Origin: the human T2T-CHM13v2.0 reference genome, Homo sapiens
NCBI RefSeq assembly: GCF_009914755.1
Contig: NC_060931.1
DNA: 64,000 bases
Direction: 5' to 3' (one strand)
The notes under the pieces were generated by a model. The model did no database searches. It was not told the origin of the DNA and saw only the letters and a program-made list of their open reading frames with translations. Positions 1-13,323 of this stretch are shown piece by piece. The number at the start of each line of letters is the position of its first letter. Position 1 is the first letter of the stretch. A program made the position numbers and the translations under genes.

Positions 1-83
1 GGCCAGGGATGCTGGTAAACATCCTGAAATTCACAACCTCTCACAGCAAAGAGTTATCTGACCCACAATGCCAACAGTGCTAG
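1..83 (+). mobile_element. MER20 (hAT-Charlie MITE), 3' part
   Basis: ggccagggatgctggtaaacatcctg...agttatctgacccacaatgccaacagtgc resembles the MER20 3' half. Confidence 0.75.
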
Positions 84-350
84 ATATGGGAAGGTTAATT
101 GGTTGGCCACATTACCTTTGCTTCTTGTCTGGGGCAGCTTTCCCTAGACCCTGAGGCATGTTGTATATATACTTAATTTTGTTAGATCATCCCAGAGAAC
201 ATCTGCGGCCCTAGGTCAGCTTCACAATGAGTCTAACTTCTAGATCAGTGGTTTCCATTGAGCCTGTGTGAACACGAAGATCTTTTTTAATGACCAGAAT
301 TTTTAGTCTTATAATTTTTGAGCTCTTATTATTTAAGAACCGAGAAAATC

Positions 351-383
351 CTCGGTTCTCGGCCTTTTGGCTAAGATCAAGTG
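351..383 (+). pseudogene. U2 snRNA 3'-truncated retrocopy (U2 nt 1-33)
   Basis: ctcggttctcggccttttggctaagatcaagtg vs U2 5' end atcgcttctcggccttttggctaagatcaagtg (2 mismatches); 15-bp TSD aagaac(c/t)gagaaaat at 335-349 and 384-398; TTT/AAG L1-endonuclease-type site. Confidence 0.92.
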
Positions 384-1524
384 AAGAACTGAGAAAATGT
401 GTGATGATGCTAACATACATGCTATCTCGCATGCAGTGGCTGTGGATTTAGTAACATATCTCGAGTAATTTTCATTTTGTTGAACATAACATTTGGAAAA
501 CAGTAGTACATATATATGTATATATGTGTGTGAGAGACCCATTATTTCATTATTCATTCTACAGATAGTACTTGGGTACACATGGATTTGATGGCCCCTA
601 GCAGGAAATATTTGTCCTCATAGAGAAAACAGCCCACAGCTTAGGGACCATTGCTGATGAGGATCCCTTTGAAACAGAGATGACTTGGAGAACACTCACA
701 TCTGTAGCTGAAACAAACAGTCTAGGAAATAGGGAAGGGCATCTCAGCCTCACATACAGTGCCCACTTATTAAATTTCTGCAAATGATGGGAGGTGCTCT
801 GTTGTGGTTTTCATGCCTGTTGTTAAAGGAATCTGACAGCCGAGGCATCAGGCTGCTTTCTTCAGCCCTGGTGAGAGTAGGAGCTCTGGAGTGAAGCCAG
901 TGAATAGAACTTTGCCAAGATTCTGAATCTTCTGGGACCATCTGTGTCTACTTTTTCAAAAAGCAGATTGTGTGAAATGACAGGTGGGTAGGACACAGAA
1001 GGTAATAGAGATGTGAATGAGAAGACTCTAGGAAGGGAGAGAGCAAGTACGGGTGCCAGCGGGAAGAGCCCAGCAGAAGATTGAGTGTCCTGGCAGCAGG
1101 ACTGAGAGGATGAGGTCACAAATGGCTTTTTTCTCTGGGAAGGAAGCCAGTGGTGTGTGAGTTGTGGCTTGGGTTCCAGATCTTAGATCAGTTTTCCTTA
1201 CACACAATATTAACGTTCATATTCCTTCCAGGAAACTATCAAGAGTAAATGGATCAACAGGCAGCCAATTGGAAGAGCCTCAGACATAGCAAGAGGGTGG
1301 CATGGAGGGAGAGGACATATAACCCTCTCTTTGGCAGCTGTGCCTACCACACTCTGGCCTTGAAGATTCTGCTTTGGCTCCCAGACTAGAGACCCTTTTG
1401 CATCTTTGCCATCAGTCTTTTTGGAATACAGCATCAGGCCTAAGGTCCCAGATGAACCTTAGGACAGCTTTCATTTTGAAAATTTTGGTTCTCAGTTCAC
1501 ATTTTCTAGCTTTCCATTGAGTGG

Positions 1525-1950
1525 TGTATCAGTTAGCTGTTGCTGTGTAACAAAACCCCTCTCAAATTTAGTGACTTCAAAGAATAACTTTTTGTGATTT
1601 GTGCCAAGCCTCTGGGTTGGCTAGGTGTTTCTGCTAGTCTGCACTCACTCATGCATCCATCACCGCAGTGGCAGGGTGACGGGCGGAGAGCTGGTCAAGG
1701 ATGGCCTCCAATAGATCCCTCATGTTCTTCCTTCCACTTCTTTACATCCTTCCATAAGGTTCACATGGGCATGTTTTCCTGGCAGTGGGTCCAGGAGAGA
1801 AAGAAAAAACATACAAGTGCTTCTACAAGCTGCTGCTTATGTCCAGTTTGCTGCTGAACCATTAGGAGGCGAGCCCCGGGACCGTGCCCCGAGTCAGCGT
1901 GGGAGGGCACTGTCACAATGTGGAGCCACTGATCCCATCACTCTGCCATT
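1525..1950 (-). mobile_element. MLT1-type MaLR LTR relic (MLT1H-K like)
   Basis: tgtatcagttagctgttgctgtgtaacaaaacccctctcaaatttagtgacttcaaa is a typical MLT1 terminus; right boundary approximate. Confidence 0.65.
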
Positions 1951-2119
1951 GCTGGTGAAATACAAGGAAGCCAGCTGACAGCTTCCGACGAGTTGCCAGA
2001 TGACGTTTCTTCTGCTATTCTTTCATGTTTAGTAGTGTCGCTTTGTAGCAACACGTTATGTCTTAATCTGTTTTGTGGTTGAGATGCACCTGAGCAGGCA
2101 TCTGGACTAGGTGTTTTAA

Positions 2120-2604
<485 letters not shown>

Positions 2605-4369
2605 AGTAATTTTATTTTTAAGATGGAAGGGTGAATGAAGGAATATTTGTTAGCAGTGACTACACAGAGTTCCAGTGGGCTTTCTCTGTGTTGAAGTAGG
2701 TAGGAAGGTGTAGGGAATTGGTAAACTCCGACTATTTTTTGTTTTGTCAGTAGAGCGTGGGAAAACGGCTGATTTTCAAATTGTTGTGATGAAACGAATG
2801 CTGGGGTATTTATAGGCATGTGTAAATAAGAAGAATATATCTTTGTCAAAAAACAGCCACCATGTTATTTGGAGCTTTTTTAGGTAGAATAAAGTAGAAC
2901 TTTCTAAAAGTCCGAGGAAAGATAGAGGAAGATTTTTTAAAAACTTGACACCATTAATTTCTGCTTTGTCCAATTCATATTTATAGCATTTGCATCCATC
3001 ATCTCTTTAATAGTTCGGTTCGGTCTGAGCTAGTTATTTCTTTCACATATTTCCTTTTTTGTTCAGTGCTAATAATTACACTTTTGTTCTCTTACTGGCA
3101 AAACATTGCATTGTCCTCGGGAAGCATTCAAAGAGACTGAGCAGCAAACGCTAATTAATCCTCGCAGTGTGTCTCCTTCATTCCTTTAACTGAGGCGCTG
3201 AAATGTCTAGCCACACATTTAATGAAATATAATTTGGTGACAGAGAGGGTACGAAAACTTTAATTCAAGATGCCATAGCAGCTTCAATAAGCCTCATATG
3301 GCCATGGTTGTGAGGCAGTTCAAGGCTTTAAATATCCTTGAGATGCAGGTGTGGTGACTAGATTATCTTTCTGTGTTATTCTCCCTTTCTGACAGCAGTC
3401 ATCCTGACTTGCTGTGGAGAATGAGTTTATCTTGAGTGGAAGTTATCCTGGAGTCTAGGGAGGCAACCTAGTTTATAGCAAGTAATCTTGGGAGTTACAG
3501 GCTTGTGTTTTGTTTCCGTTTTTGTCAGTTGTCTACACGTTGACAAGTGACTTCATCCCTGGGAATCATTATTGCTTATCACCAATTAAACACAATGGAT
3601 ATTAGGTAGTTCAGTGATGAGCTTAAAAGAGTTTGACAAGTTTCTTGGAAAGAACGTTAGGTAACTATGGATGGCTCCCTGTGCAATGTCTTAAGTCTTT
3701 AAAGAATATTTTAATTTATTACCTTATGTCCTTAAATAGGTCCCTTGAACCAAATTTAGTATCCCAGAATATGCATTGTCCTAAGAACTTTTGCAGGATG
3801 ACATGGAAACAGATACTATAATTGGGAAGCCTCCTAAATATGTGCAGGTAGGTAGTGGTTATAAATTATCTGTAGCGTCTCATTCATTAGAGACTATCTT
3901 ATGAGTTAGTGTGCATGATTGATTTGTAGAAACTACAGATAATAAGAATGCTGTCTTTGCTTTAACCGGATTCATACAGTCTTCTATCCAGGGCTGGAAG
4001 TTACAAGTTGCCCTGCTCTGGAGGTCCGAGTGCTGAGCAGTGAGTGACTGTAGACGTGTGGCAGGCATTCCTCCCTCCTTGAATCCCATGTTTAAGGTCT
4101 GTGTTTACCTCTAGCCCGCGAGTTCCAAAAGCTATGTCTGTCTCACTTGGCTTTGTTTTTCTAGCCCTTACTACAGTGACTAGTAATGAAGTAAGTGCCC
4201 AAACACAGATGTATGAAATAAAGAGAGAAATGAAAGGGCAAATAAGGAAACTGGACGTTGCTTCTCTCTGTTGTACTTAAGGCCTGTTGCTTCACGGCCC
4301 TTCCCTACAGGAGGCTGTAACACTCATAACGCCGATTATGACTATTGTGAGAACAAATTGGCTTCCAGA

Positions 4370-4530
4370 TCTGAACAGAATCGCACATAAGAATCACCTA
4401 GGAAGCCTGTTCTGGAGTCTGCCCAGAGCTACTGACCGAGATCTCCAAAGACTGAGCCCGGAGAGCTTTTTATTTTCAAAAGGCTCCCAAGATGATTCAG
4501 ATGTAAGTGCTCTGAGGATTCATGCTGGGA
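4370..4530. mobile_element. MER5A-like hAT MITE relic
   Basis: gaatcacctaggaagcctgtt...cccagagctactga...ttttcaaaaggctcccaagatgattcagatg. Confidence 0.55.
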
Positions 4531-5665
4531 ACAGATCCAGATCTGCTGTAAGCCCTGGCTGTGCCCTGGACCCACAGCTCCTTTCCTTGCCCAGGCTCCC
4601 CGTGAGATGAAGGCTCGTGGAACACATCTCATCTTCTTCATGGCAGGTAATTGGAATCAAGGAGCTATAGTTCCCTTACCTATAGTAACATGCTGAAAAT
4701 TAAAACCATAGTTGTTCTTACATTTCTTTGTATCATTAGGTGCCCCACTGCCAGGCCTATTAGCAGAGACCTAATACATAATTGGTGTTCTGGAAGAAAT
4801 GGAAGGATGGATACATGAATTCTGTGACTTAAAAATGAAATCCACATGGACATACCTAGATCAGGAAGAATGTTGAATTTGTCTTTACACAAATTAGCAT
4901 GAGGAAATACTTCTACCCCAAATTAATAATAGGTCCTGAAATCCATTTTTAGACTTTAATCCACTTATAGATGGTGTTAAGAATGATCCTTGAAAAGGGA
5001 TGTACTTTAGTATTTGTCTGTTGTAGAATTGTTCTTTAACTATCAAGTCAGTACTTCAGGGTTAAACATTACAAGTTCAAGATACTATCTAAGATTAGTT
5101 ACCATCTGCAGCTTAAATAATGTGTCCCTTCCCAAACTCCGTCAAATGAAATAACCATTAATTAAACCCCGGTTCTTTTCCAATTGGAGGAAGGCTGCAG
5201 GCCAAATTATTTTTGTGATGTATGGGACATCTGTAATGAGTGCCGCTCAAGTGTACCTGAAGCCCTTCATCCTCAGTGCATAGGACTGGAGCAGTTGAAC
5301 AGCCTCTGTCTTATAAACAGATTATAGTATTGTTAGGATTAGCCAGCTTTTCTTTGGCAATTTTTTTCATCTCAAGTAGTCCATATTTTCCAAGTTCAGC
5401 ACGTAGCAAGCAGTCAGTCCTGTTCTTGGCTGAAGTAAGCAGTCTGCCTTGAGTGCCCTGTGTCCTTCATTCTCCCGACGTGCACATCCCCTATGTGTTC
5501 CTCATTCTCCCCATGGGTCAGTTAAGACCTCTGTAATTACAGAACGCTCCCTCAAGCTAGTGGAGAATGTATAATTTGGAATGTAGAGGTATCTCCAGAA
5601 TCATAGGGCAGGAGTCCAGCTCCATTAATTGCTTTTACTACATAGCAGCTTGTTTCTTCTCAACT

Positions 5666-6735
5666 TAAAAAAAAAAATTAATTGTGGTAGAATGTTCATA
5701 ACATAAAATTTATCATCCTAACCATTTTATATATAATTCAATAGTGTTAAGTATGTTCCCATTGTTGTGCAACCCATCTTTAGAACTTTTTTACCTTGCG
5801 AAACTGAAAATCTGTACTTGCTAAGCAGTGACTCTCTGATTCCCCTTCCCCCACAGCCCCAGGCAGCCATCATTCTACTTTGTCTCTATGAGTTTGACTA
5901 CTCTAGGTACCTCATATAAGTGAAGGCAGAGAGTATTTTGACTTTGTGTGACAGACTTATTTCACTTGGTATAATGTCTCCAAGGTTCACACATGTGGTA
6001 GCGTGTGTCAGAACTTCCCATTTAAGACTGAAGAATATTTCACTGGATGCATAGGGCACGGTGTGTTTACCTGTTTATCCCTCCACAGACACTAAGGTTG
6101 TTCCCACCTTTTTGCTATTGTGAATGATGCCGTTATGAACGTGGGTGTACAAGTATCTCTTCAAGACCCTGTCTTCAATTCGTTTAGATAGATACTGAGA
6201 AGTATTGTTAGATCATATGATAATTCTATTTTTAATTTTTTAAGGAACCTCCATACTGTTTTCCGTAGTGGCTGCACCATTTTACATTTTACTTTCCCAC
6301 TGACAGTGCACAAGATCTCCAGTTTCCCCATATCCATGTCAACGTTTGTTATTTTGTTATTTATTTATTTATTTTCTAAATAATGGCCATCCTAATGTGT
6401 GAAGATGAACCTACTCTCTCATTGCGGTTTTAATTCCATTTTCCTGATCATTGGTGCAACTTAGCATCTTCTCATATGCTTTTTGCTCTTTTGTAAACCT
6501 TCTTTGGAGAAATGTCCATTCAAGTCCTTTGCCTGTTTTTTAATCAGGTTATTTGTTTTTCTCTTGTTGAATTGTAAGAGTTCTTTATATATTCTGAATA
6601 TTAACCCCTTATAAAATATATAATTTGCCAGTGTCTTTTTCTTATTCCGTAGGTTGCATTTTGACCCTGTTAGTTTTGTCCTTTGATGGCACAGAATTTT
6701 TAAATTTTCATGTGGTACATTTTATCTACTTTTAT
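5666..6735 (-). mobile_element. L1MB-type LINE-1, 3'UTR and ORF2 C-terminal part (host element, part 1)
   Basis: aattgtggtagaatg..ataacataaaatttatcatcctaaccatt 3' end; ggctgcaccattttacatt, tggagaaatgtccattcaagtcctttgcc. Confidence 0.85.
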
Positions 6736-6811
6736 TCTCACACTTAATATATAATCTAGTTACTTCTTTTATTTTCTGTTCTTTTAAAAACTTTATAATG
6801 AGACATTAAGG

Positions 6812-7087
6812 TTTTGTTTTGTTTTGTGAGACAGAGTCTTGCTCTGTCGCCCAGGCTGGAGTGCAGTGGCACGTCTCGGCTCACTGCGAGCTCTGCCTCC
6901 CGGGTTCACGCCCTTCTCCTGCCTCAGCCTCCCAAGTAGCTGCCATGCCCAGCTAATTTGTTCTATTTTTAGTAGAGATGGGTTTCACCGTGTTAGCCAG
7001 GATGGTCTTGATCTCCTGCCCTCGTGATCCACCCACCTCGGCCTCCCAAAGTGCTGGGATTACAGGCGTGAGCCACCATGCCCGGCC
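6812..7087 (-). mobile_element. AluY-like with ~20-bp internal deletion
   Basis: gggttcacgcccttctcc and gttagccaggatggtc diagnostics; gtagctgccatgccc lacks gggactacaggcgcc; TSD acatta(a/g)gg. Confidence 0.9.
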
Positions 7088-7152
7088 ACATTAGGGGTTC
7101 TTTTTAGCTGCTATCCCCAGTTTAATTCCTCTCTTCCCCACTACTGTGGGAG

Positions 7153-8590
7153 TTTTTCTAAGCTTTACTGAGGTATAGTCATATATATGATTATATATAT
7201 AAGGTATACAGCGTGATGCTTTGATATACATATGTATTGGGATATTATTATCAAAATTAAGTAGGCACATTCATCACCTCACATAGTTACCATTCTTGTG
7301 TGTGTCTGATGAGAACCACTAAGATCTACTTTTCTAACAAACTTCAAATGTACAATACAGTATTATTAACTGCAGTCACCACGCTGTAGCTTAGATCCTC
7401 AGAACTTTTGCATCTTATAACTGAAAGTTTGTACCCTTTGACGAACATCTGTGCCTCAGCCTTGGCAACCAGCATTCTACTCTCTGTTTCTAAGAGTTGT
7501 ACTTTTTTAGATTTCACATATAAGTGAGATCATACAGTATTTGTCTCTGTCTGATTCCACTCAGGAGAATGCCCTCAGGATACATCCATGTTATCACAAA
7601 TGGAGGGATGTCTTTCTTTCCTTATGGCGGAATAGTATTCTAGGTGTGCTCTGCAGCCTGGTGGAGTGGCAGGCTGTGCCCTGCAGTCGGGTGGGGGAAC
7701 CCTGACAGGACCCCCTGCTGGGCAGGGCCATAGGCTGGGCTCCGCAGTTGGACCGGACTGCTGTCTGGGCTCTCTGGTCAGGTGGTCAATGGGGTTGCTG
7801 GTTGATCTCCCTGTTTGGGGGTGGCTGCAGGCTGTGCTCTGCCGCTAGGCAGTGCTGTGGTCTGAACTCTGTGCCCTGGGTGGTGCAGGGGGGCGTCCAC
7901 TGTGTTCCATAGCTGGTCAGGGTCTCTGGCTGATTTCAGGCTATGCTGCTCTGCTAGGTGGGGCTTGGCTTTCTGCCTGAGGAGAGCTGTAGGCTGAGCC
8001 CCAGGGCTGAGCCAGACTGCTGGCTGGGGACTGATGGTGGGCAGAGCTGGTGACTGCCCTCCCTGGCCAGATGGTGACACTGGTTCAGCTCTGTGGGTGC
8101 AGTGCCACTGGCTGCGCCTTCTGGTCAGGCAACTCCACTGGCAGGGATTTGGTGCCACCACTGAGATACACGAGCTAGTTGCTTTGAGCCCCATCCTTCT
8201 TTGTTCCTAGCCAACCCCAGGTGGTCTTATTTTCCCAGTGTTCCTGTGAGACAAGACAGAAGGAGGCATCCTGGGAAGTACCCTGCAATGCTAGGGAAGC
8301 TGGATGTCCACCTTAGGCTCTCTTTTTCCCTACTGGAAAAACATAGCTTAGGGGAAGTCTCTTTGTCTAGTGCTCTACCAGACTGGGGAGGGGCAGCATG
8401 ACCAAACCAAATCCCTCCACTCTTCTTACCCTTCTAATGAAACTTTTCTTGGTTTCTGTGGTCCAAGGGGTTGGTTCTGCCTCATCCCCTTATTCTGGGA
8501 TTTCCACAAAGGTGTTTTGTCTATAGATAGTTTTGCTAGTTGGTTGTTTTGTGAGGGGACGAAAGCTGGGGACCTCCTCTTCTGCCGTCT
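7153..8590 (-). mobile_element. L1MA9-like 3'UTR (7153-7640) fused directly to a GC-rich L1 5'UTR (7641-8590)
   Basis: agctttactgaggtatag..catcacctcacatagttacc 3' end; segment ends ctgccgtctt (reverse of the aagatggcgg-type L1 start). Confidence 0.7.
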
Positions 8591-9575
8591 TTCTTTTGTT
8601 GCCTGTCCTTTTCTTGTTACATCCAAGAAATCACTGCTAAATCCAACATCGTGAATCTTCTCTCTTATGTTTTATTGTAAGTGCTTTCAATTTTAGGTCT
8701 TAGGTTTAAATCTTTGTTCTGTTTTGAGTTAATTTTTGTATGTGGCGTAAGATAAGGGTCCACCTTCATTCTTTTGCATGTGGATGTGCAGTTTTCCCAA
8801 TGCCATTTACTAGAGACTGTCCTTTATCCATTGAATGGTCTTGGCACCTTTGTCAAAAATCATTTGGCCCTATTTGCCAGGGTTTATTTCTGGGCTTTCT
8901 AATCTATTACATTGGTTTGTATGCCTCTCTCTGTGCCACTACTATGCTGTTTTGATTACTGTAGCTCTATAATTCATTTTGATATCAGGAAGTGTGGGAC
9001 TTCCTATCTTGTTATTCTTTTGCAAGATTGTTTTGGCTTTTTGAGGTAACTTTAAATTCCATATGGCTTTTTTATTTCTGCAAAAGAAAATGCCATTAGG
9101 AATTTTAGCAGGATTGTATTAAATCTGTAAATCATTTTGGGAAGTATTGACATCGTAATAATAAGTCATCTGATTTGTGAAATGGGATGTCTTTCCATTT
9201 GTGTCTTCTTTTATTTCTTTCAGAAATCTTTTGTAGTTTTCATAGTATGAGTCGTTTGCCTCCTTTCTTAAGTTTATTTTTAAGTATTTTACTCTTTTTA
9301 ATACTATTGTAATGAAATTGTTTTCTTAATTTCCTTTTATTTGTTGTTAATGTGTAGAAACACAACTGTTGTTCATTGTGTTGATTTTGTTTCCTATCAT
9401 TTTGCTAAATGTGTTTATTCTAACAGGTTTTTTGTGGAATCTTTAGTGTGTTCTATGTATAAGATCAATTATTTTTGTTTTTTTGTTTTTTTAAAATATT
9501 TCCTTATTTTTTTCTTATATAAGATCGTTTATCTAAGAATAGAGGTAATTTTACTTCTTCCTTTCTGATTTGCAT
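8591..9575 (-). mobile_element. L1MB-type ORF2 (host element, part 2)
   Basis: tcttttgttgcctgt..atccaagaaatcactgc continues the L1 sequence interrupted at ~6735. Confidence 0.8.
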
Positions 9576-9589
9576 GCCTGCATAGCTAA

Positions 9590-11410
9590 TCCTTGGTTGA
9601 CTGTTTTTATTTCTGAACTTTAAATAGATCATCCCATTGCCTTCTGGATTCCATAGTTTCTGATGAGAAGTCATTCATTCATCTTATTTGCTGTTCTTTT
9701 CTTGACAAGTAATTGTTTTCTTACTGCTTTCAAGATTTTGTTCTTTGCCATTTAACAGCTTTACTTTTATGTAGCTGGGTGTTGATATCTTTGCATTTAT
9801 CCTTCTTAGAGTTTTTGAGCTGCTTACATATACAGACCATTGTTTTATATTAAATTTGGTAAGTTTACTTCATTATTTCTTCAAATACTTTTCCAGTATT
9901 CTTTCTGTTACTTTCCCTTCCATCTTCTATTTCTATTAGTTGTGTGTTGGCACACCTGTTGGCATCTCATATTTTTCTGAGACTCTTCCTTTTATTTCTC
10001 TTTGTTCTTAGGATTGAGTAATTGCTATTAGCCTGTCTTCAAGTTCAGTGATTCTTTTTCTGCAGATTAAAATATACTGTTGAGTCCCTCCAGTGAATTT
10101 ATTTGTTATTTTACCTTTTAACCAAAATTAATACTTTTAAAATAATTTTCATCTTTTAATATTGTTTGTTGAGACGTAGTTCTCATACTTTAATTCTTTA
10201 GAAATTATTTATCTTTTAAAATATAATTAGGATAGCTAATTTCAAGGTTTTTTTCTGTAAAGTCTAGCATACCTTAGGGGCAGTTTCTATTGATTGCTTT
10301 TTTTCCCCCGTGTATGCTCCATACCTTCCTATTTCTTTGCATATTTCATAAATGTTTTTTAACAACTGGGCATTTGAATGATATAATATGGCAATTTTGG
10401 AAATCAGATTTCCTACCCTATGCAGAATTTACTTTTTATATTGCTTCTGTCTGTTAAGTGACCTTCTTAAGATAATTCTGTAAGATATATATTCTATGTA
10501 TGTTTAGCCTCTGAAGTCTCTTGTCAGTTAGCTAAGTGGTCATCTAATAACTGGATACAGGTTTCTTTAAATTATTTGAGGGATAAATCTCCAAGCCTTT
10601 GGGAAGGGACTTGTGTGTGTGTGTTGAGGCTTGCCTGCTATGTGCTGGCAGGCAGTTTACAACCCTCCACTTGCTTGCTTAGAGCCAGAGGTCAGTCAGA
10701 GGTGACGTACACTGTACGTCAAATTGTATGTCAGTCTGTCATGCCAGAGGTGAGATATTAGAGCCTTTTCCAGTGCTTTTTCTGGACATGTGCTTAGCCC
10801 TGTACATGTGTGTGACCTTCTGAATTTCCAGGAATAAGTCAGAGCAGTTCAGAATCCCCTATGGCCATGTCATTCTCCAGTTTTTCCATTTAAGGTTTTT
10901 GGTCTGTTGCTTGTTAGCCCCAGTTCATATTGCTGCCTCAGGGAACTGTGATATTGAGCATGTGTCACAGATTGTTTGCCCTAGGGATAGGGCTTTTTGC
11001 ACAGATACAGGTCAGATTTAGGTCAGATACAGGCAAGCCTAAGAATGGAGCTTTTGAAGGCAGCTTCTTGACAGATAAAATAGTAAGAATTATCTGTACT
11101 ATCCCCCTTAGTGGCTTCAAGGCTATTGTTTTTCACAGCTCCTGTAGTTGCAAGACTGTTGGTTTTCAAGGGTCCTGTGGAACTAGTGGAAGGGGTATGG
11201 GAATAGGGCAAGTTAAAACACTTTATAGTTTGCTTATTCTTAACAAGATTCGTCTGTTTTTCTTGAATAAACAGTACTTAGATTGTTGCAAGCCTTTGAT
11301 TAATTTTTAGAGTTCCAAAAATGTTGATTTCACAATTTTTGTCCATGTTCTCATTGATTTTATGAAGGAGATGATTTTCAGAGACTTTTATTCTGCCATT
11401 CCTGAGGTCC
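9590..11410 (-). mobile_element. Old L1M ORF1 and 5'UTR
   Basis: cattgccttctggattccatagtttctgatgagaagtc (ORF1 antisense); ends ttctgccattcctgagg (L1M 5' end). Confidence 0.75.
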
Positions 11411-12497
11411 TTCTTTTCTCAGATGACATTTTGTGGTTCATAGCAACCATAGAAACATTCTGTAGTTCATCAGGTGTGGACACAGGGAAGGGTCACTTTG
11501 TATAGAAAGGCTATCAGGGACCTATCCTTGTGATTAATCTACCTGTTGCCTCCCTCTGGAGCCTCATGGAATGTGGTGTCTGTGGATTATAGAAAACTTG
11601 GCTTCCTTGGCCACATCTCCTTGAAAATTCCATCCTGCCACCTCCTGTATACCAAGTGGATGTGCTGAGCACTCTCTGAAGTGCTAAGAAATATGTCAGA
11701 GAGCTTGCTGGGACAGTCTTTCCCTCTAACCATGGGACTGGCCAGTGTGTTTTGAGTTTTTCCAGCCAATTTTTGGAGTAACCAAAACTTTAGGAAGGCC
11801 CTGTCAGCCCACCTCCCTCACTGGCACACTAAGCAGGAATCCCCAGCCCCCTGTTCTCCCAGCTCCCAGGGGATGCTCTTCATCTTTGCTCTGTGATCCT
11901 GCAGTGGTCTCCTTGTGTGGGAATCGTGCACCCCACTGGCCATGCCATATCTGTGTGAAGCTTATTTTAGCTGTCCTAATCAGAGCATGATTAAAACAAT
12001 TGATTTTTAAAACTGTTGTGTATGTATTTTATCTGTGTTATTCTTGAATATTGGATTCATATTAAATAGTAGTTTGCCCTAATTAACTTTAATACTACAG
12101 ATTTGTGCTTTTTGAACTCAGCATGCAGATTTATGTAAATTGCATAAAGCCTTTAAGCTAGGAGTGTATCATTTACATTTACAATCCCATTTATCCCATG
12201 TCTCCATATCACTGACTCTTCAAAGAAAGACAGGAACTATTGGGATGGACGTACTTGATTGTTTCAGTTTCACTCCTGTGCAAACCAAAGAACAAGTAGT
12301 AAATGACTTTTCCACATAAACACACACATTCACACACACACACATAGATGCTTGTGTGTATATACGTGTGTGTGGACCTATCTTTGGATGCTCATATATG
12401 TGCACTTAGAGAATCAAAAGCAATATCCAGGTATCTTGACCATAAGCCCAATACCCTGTCTATTTTTTTGAGTGGCAATTTGTGTTCCCATATTGTA

Positions 12498-12504
<7 letters not shown>

Positions 12505-12529
<25 letters not shown>
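12505..12529. repeat. (TA)n microsatellite
   Basis: Direct reading. Confidence 0.95.
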
Positions 12530-12746
12530 GCTGTATTTTTAAACTGATTTTAGAATTAGCGCTTAAAATAGAAAAGACAGAGCACAAATTTGGGGGGGGA
12601 GCAGTTTAAATTTTGTTTTCATACATCTGGTTGTATTAAATTCTCTGTTCCTCTTTTTTTTTTTACCCCCATTTCTTTGCCCTTCTTTCTTCCCTTTCCT
12701 CCCCAATGTTTTCCGTATCTCTGGCAAAGTTCATGACATAAAGGGC

Positions 12747-13323
12747 TGTAAGAGATCAGATTATGTTACCCCAAAACACACCACTCTGGCATACAGATTA
12801 CATTGAGCTGAAAACAGTTAAGAAAAAGACACAAGATGAGCTCTCTGCCTTTTCCCGTCTGCCTGAAACATAAAATTTTCCTTGTGAACGTGTTCCTCCC
12901 AGCTCTACTTCCGGTAAGGAGAATTTCCCAGAAAAGGAGTAACAGCCTCATTACTGGAGATGAGAGGACACCAGAAAGGGCTTACACAAACCAGCCCTAG
13001 GAGCCAGCCATCATCTCCCATCAGTTTCTCCCGACATTTGCATATTTGCCTTCATACAGTCTGCCACCCCTAGAAGTTCAAAGTCCATTTCCTTTGCCAT
13101 GTCACTTCTCTTTAGCATTTTTGTCTTTTTTCCAAATAGTATAAAAGCTTCCAAGCACAGCCATTCTTATGAAGTCCTCCTCCCACCCCTTTCTGTGTAA
13201 AACTTTTAACACCAAATAAAATTATATACTTTTTATTCCCTGTTTGTCTGCCTGTTGTCAGTTTATTTCACAGACCCAGTCACAGAACCAAAGAGGGTGG
13301 AGGAAAGTTTTTCCTTTCCTACA
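12747..13323 (+). mobile_element. ERV1 solo LTR, MER34/MER39 group
   Basis: tgtaagagatcagattatgttaccccaaaac...ggaggaaagtttttcctttcctaca; TG..CA termini; internal aataaa near 13215. Confidence 0.75.
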
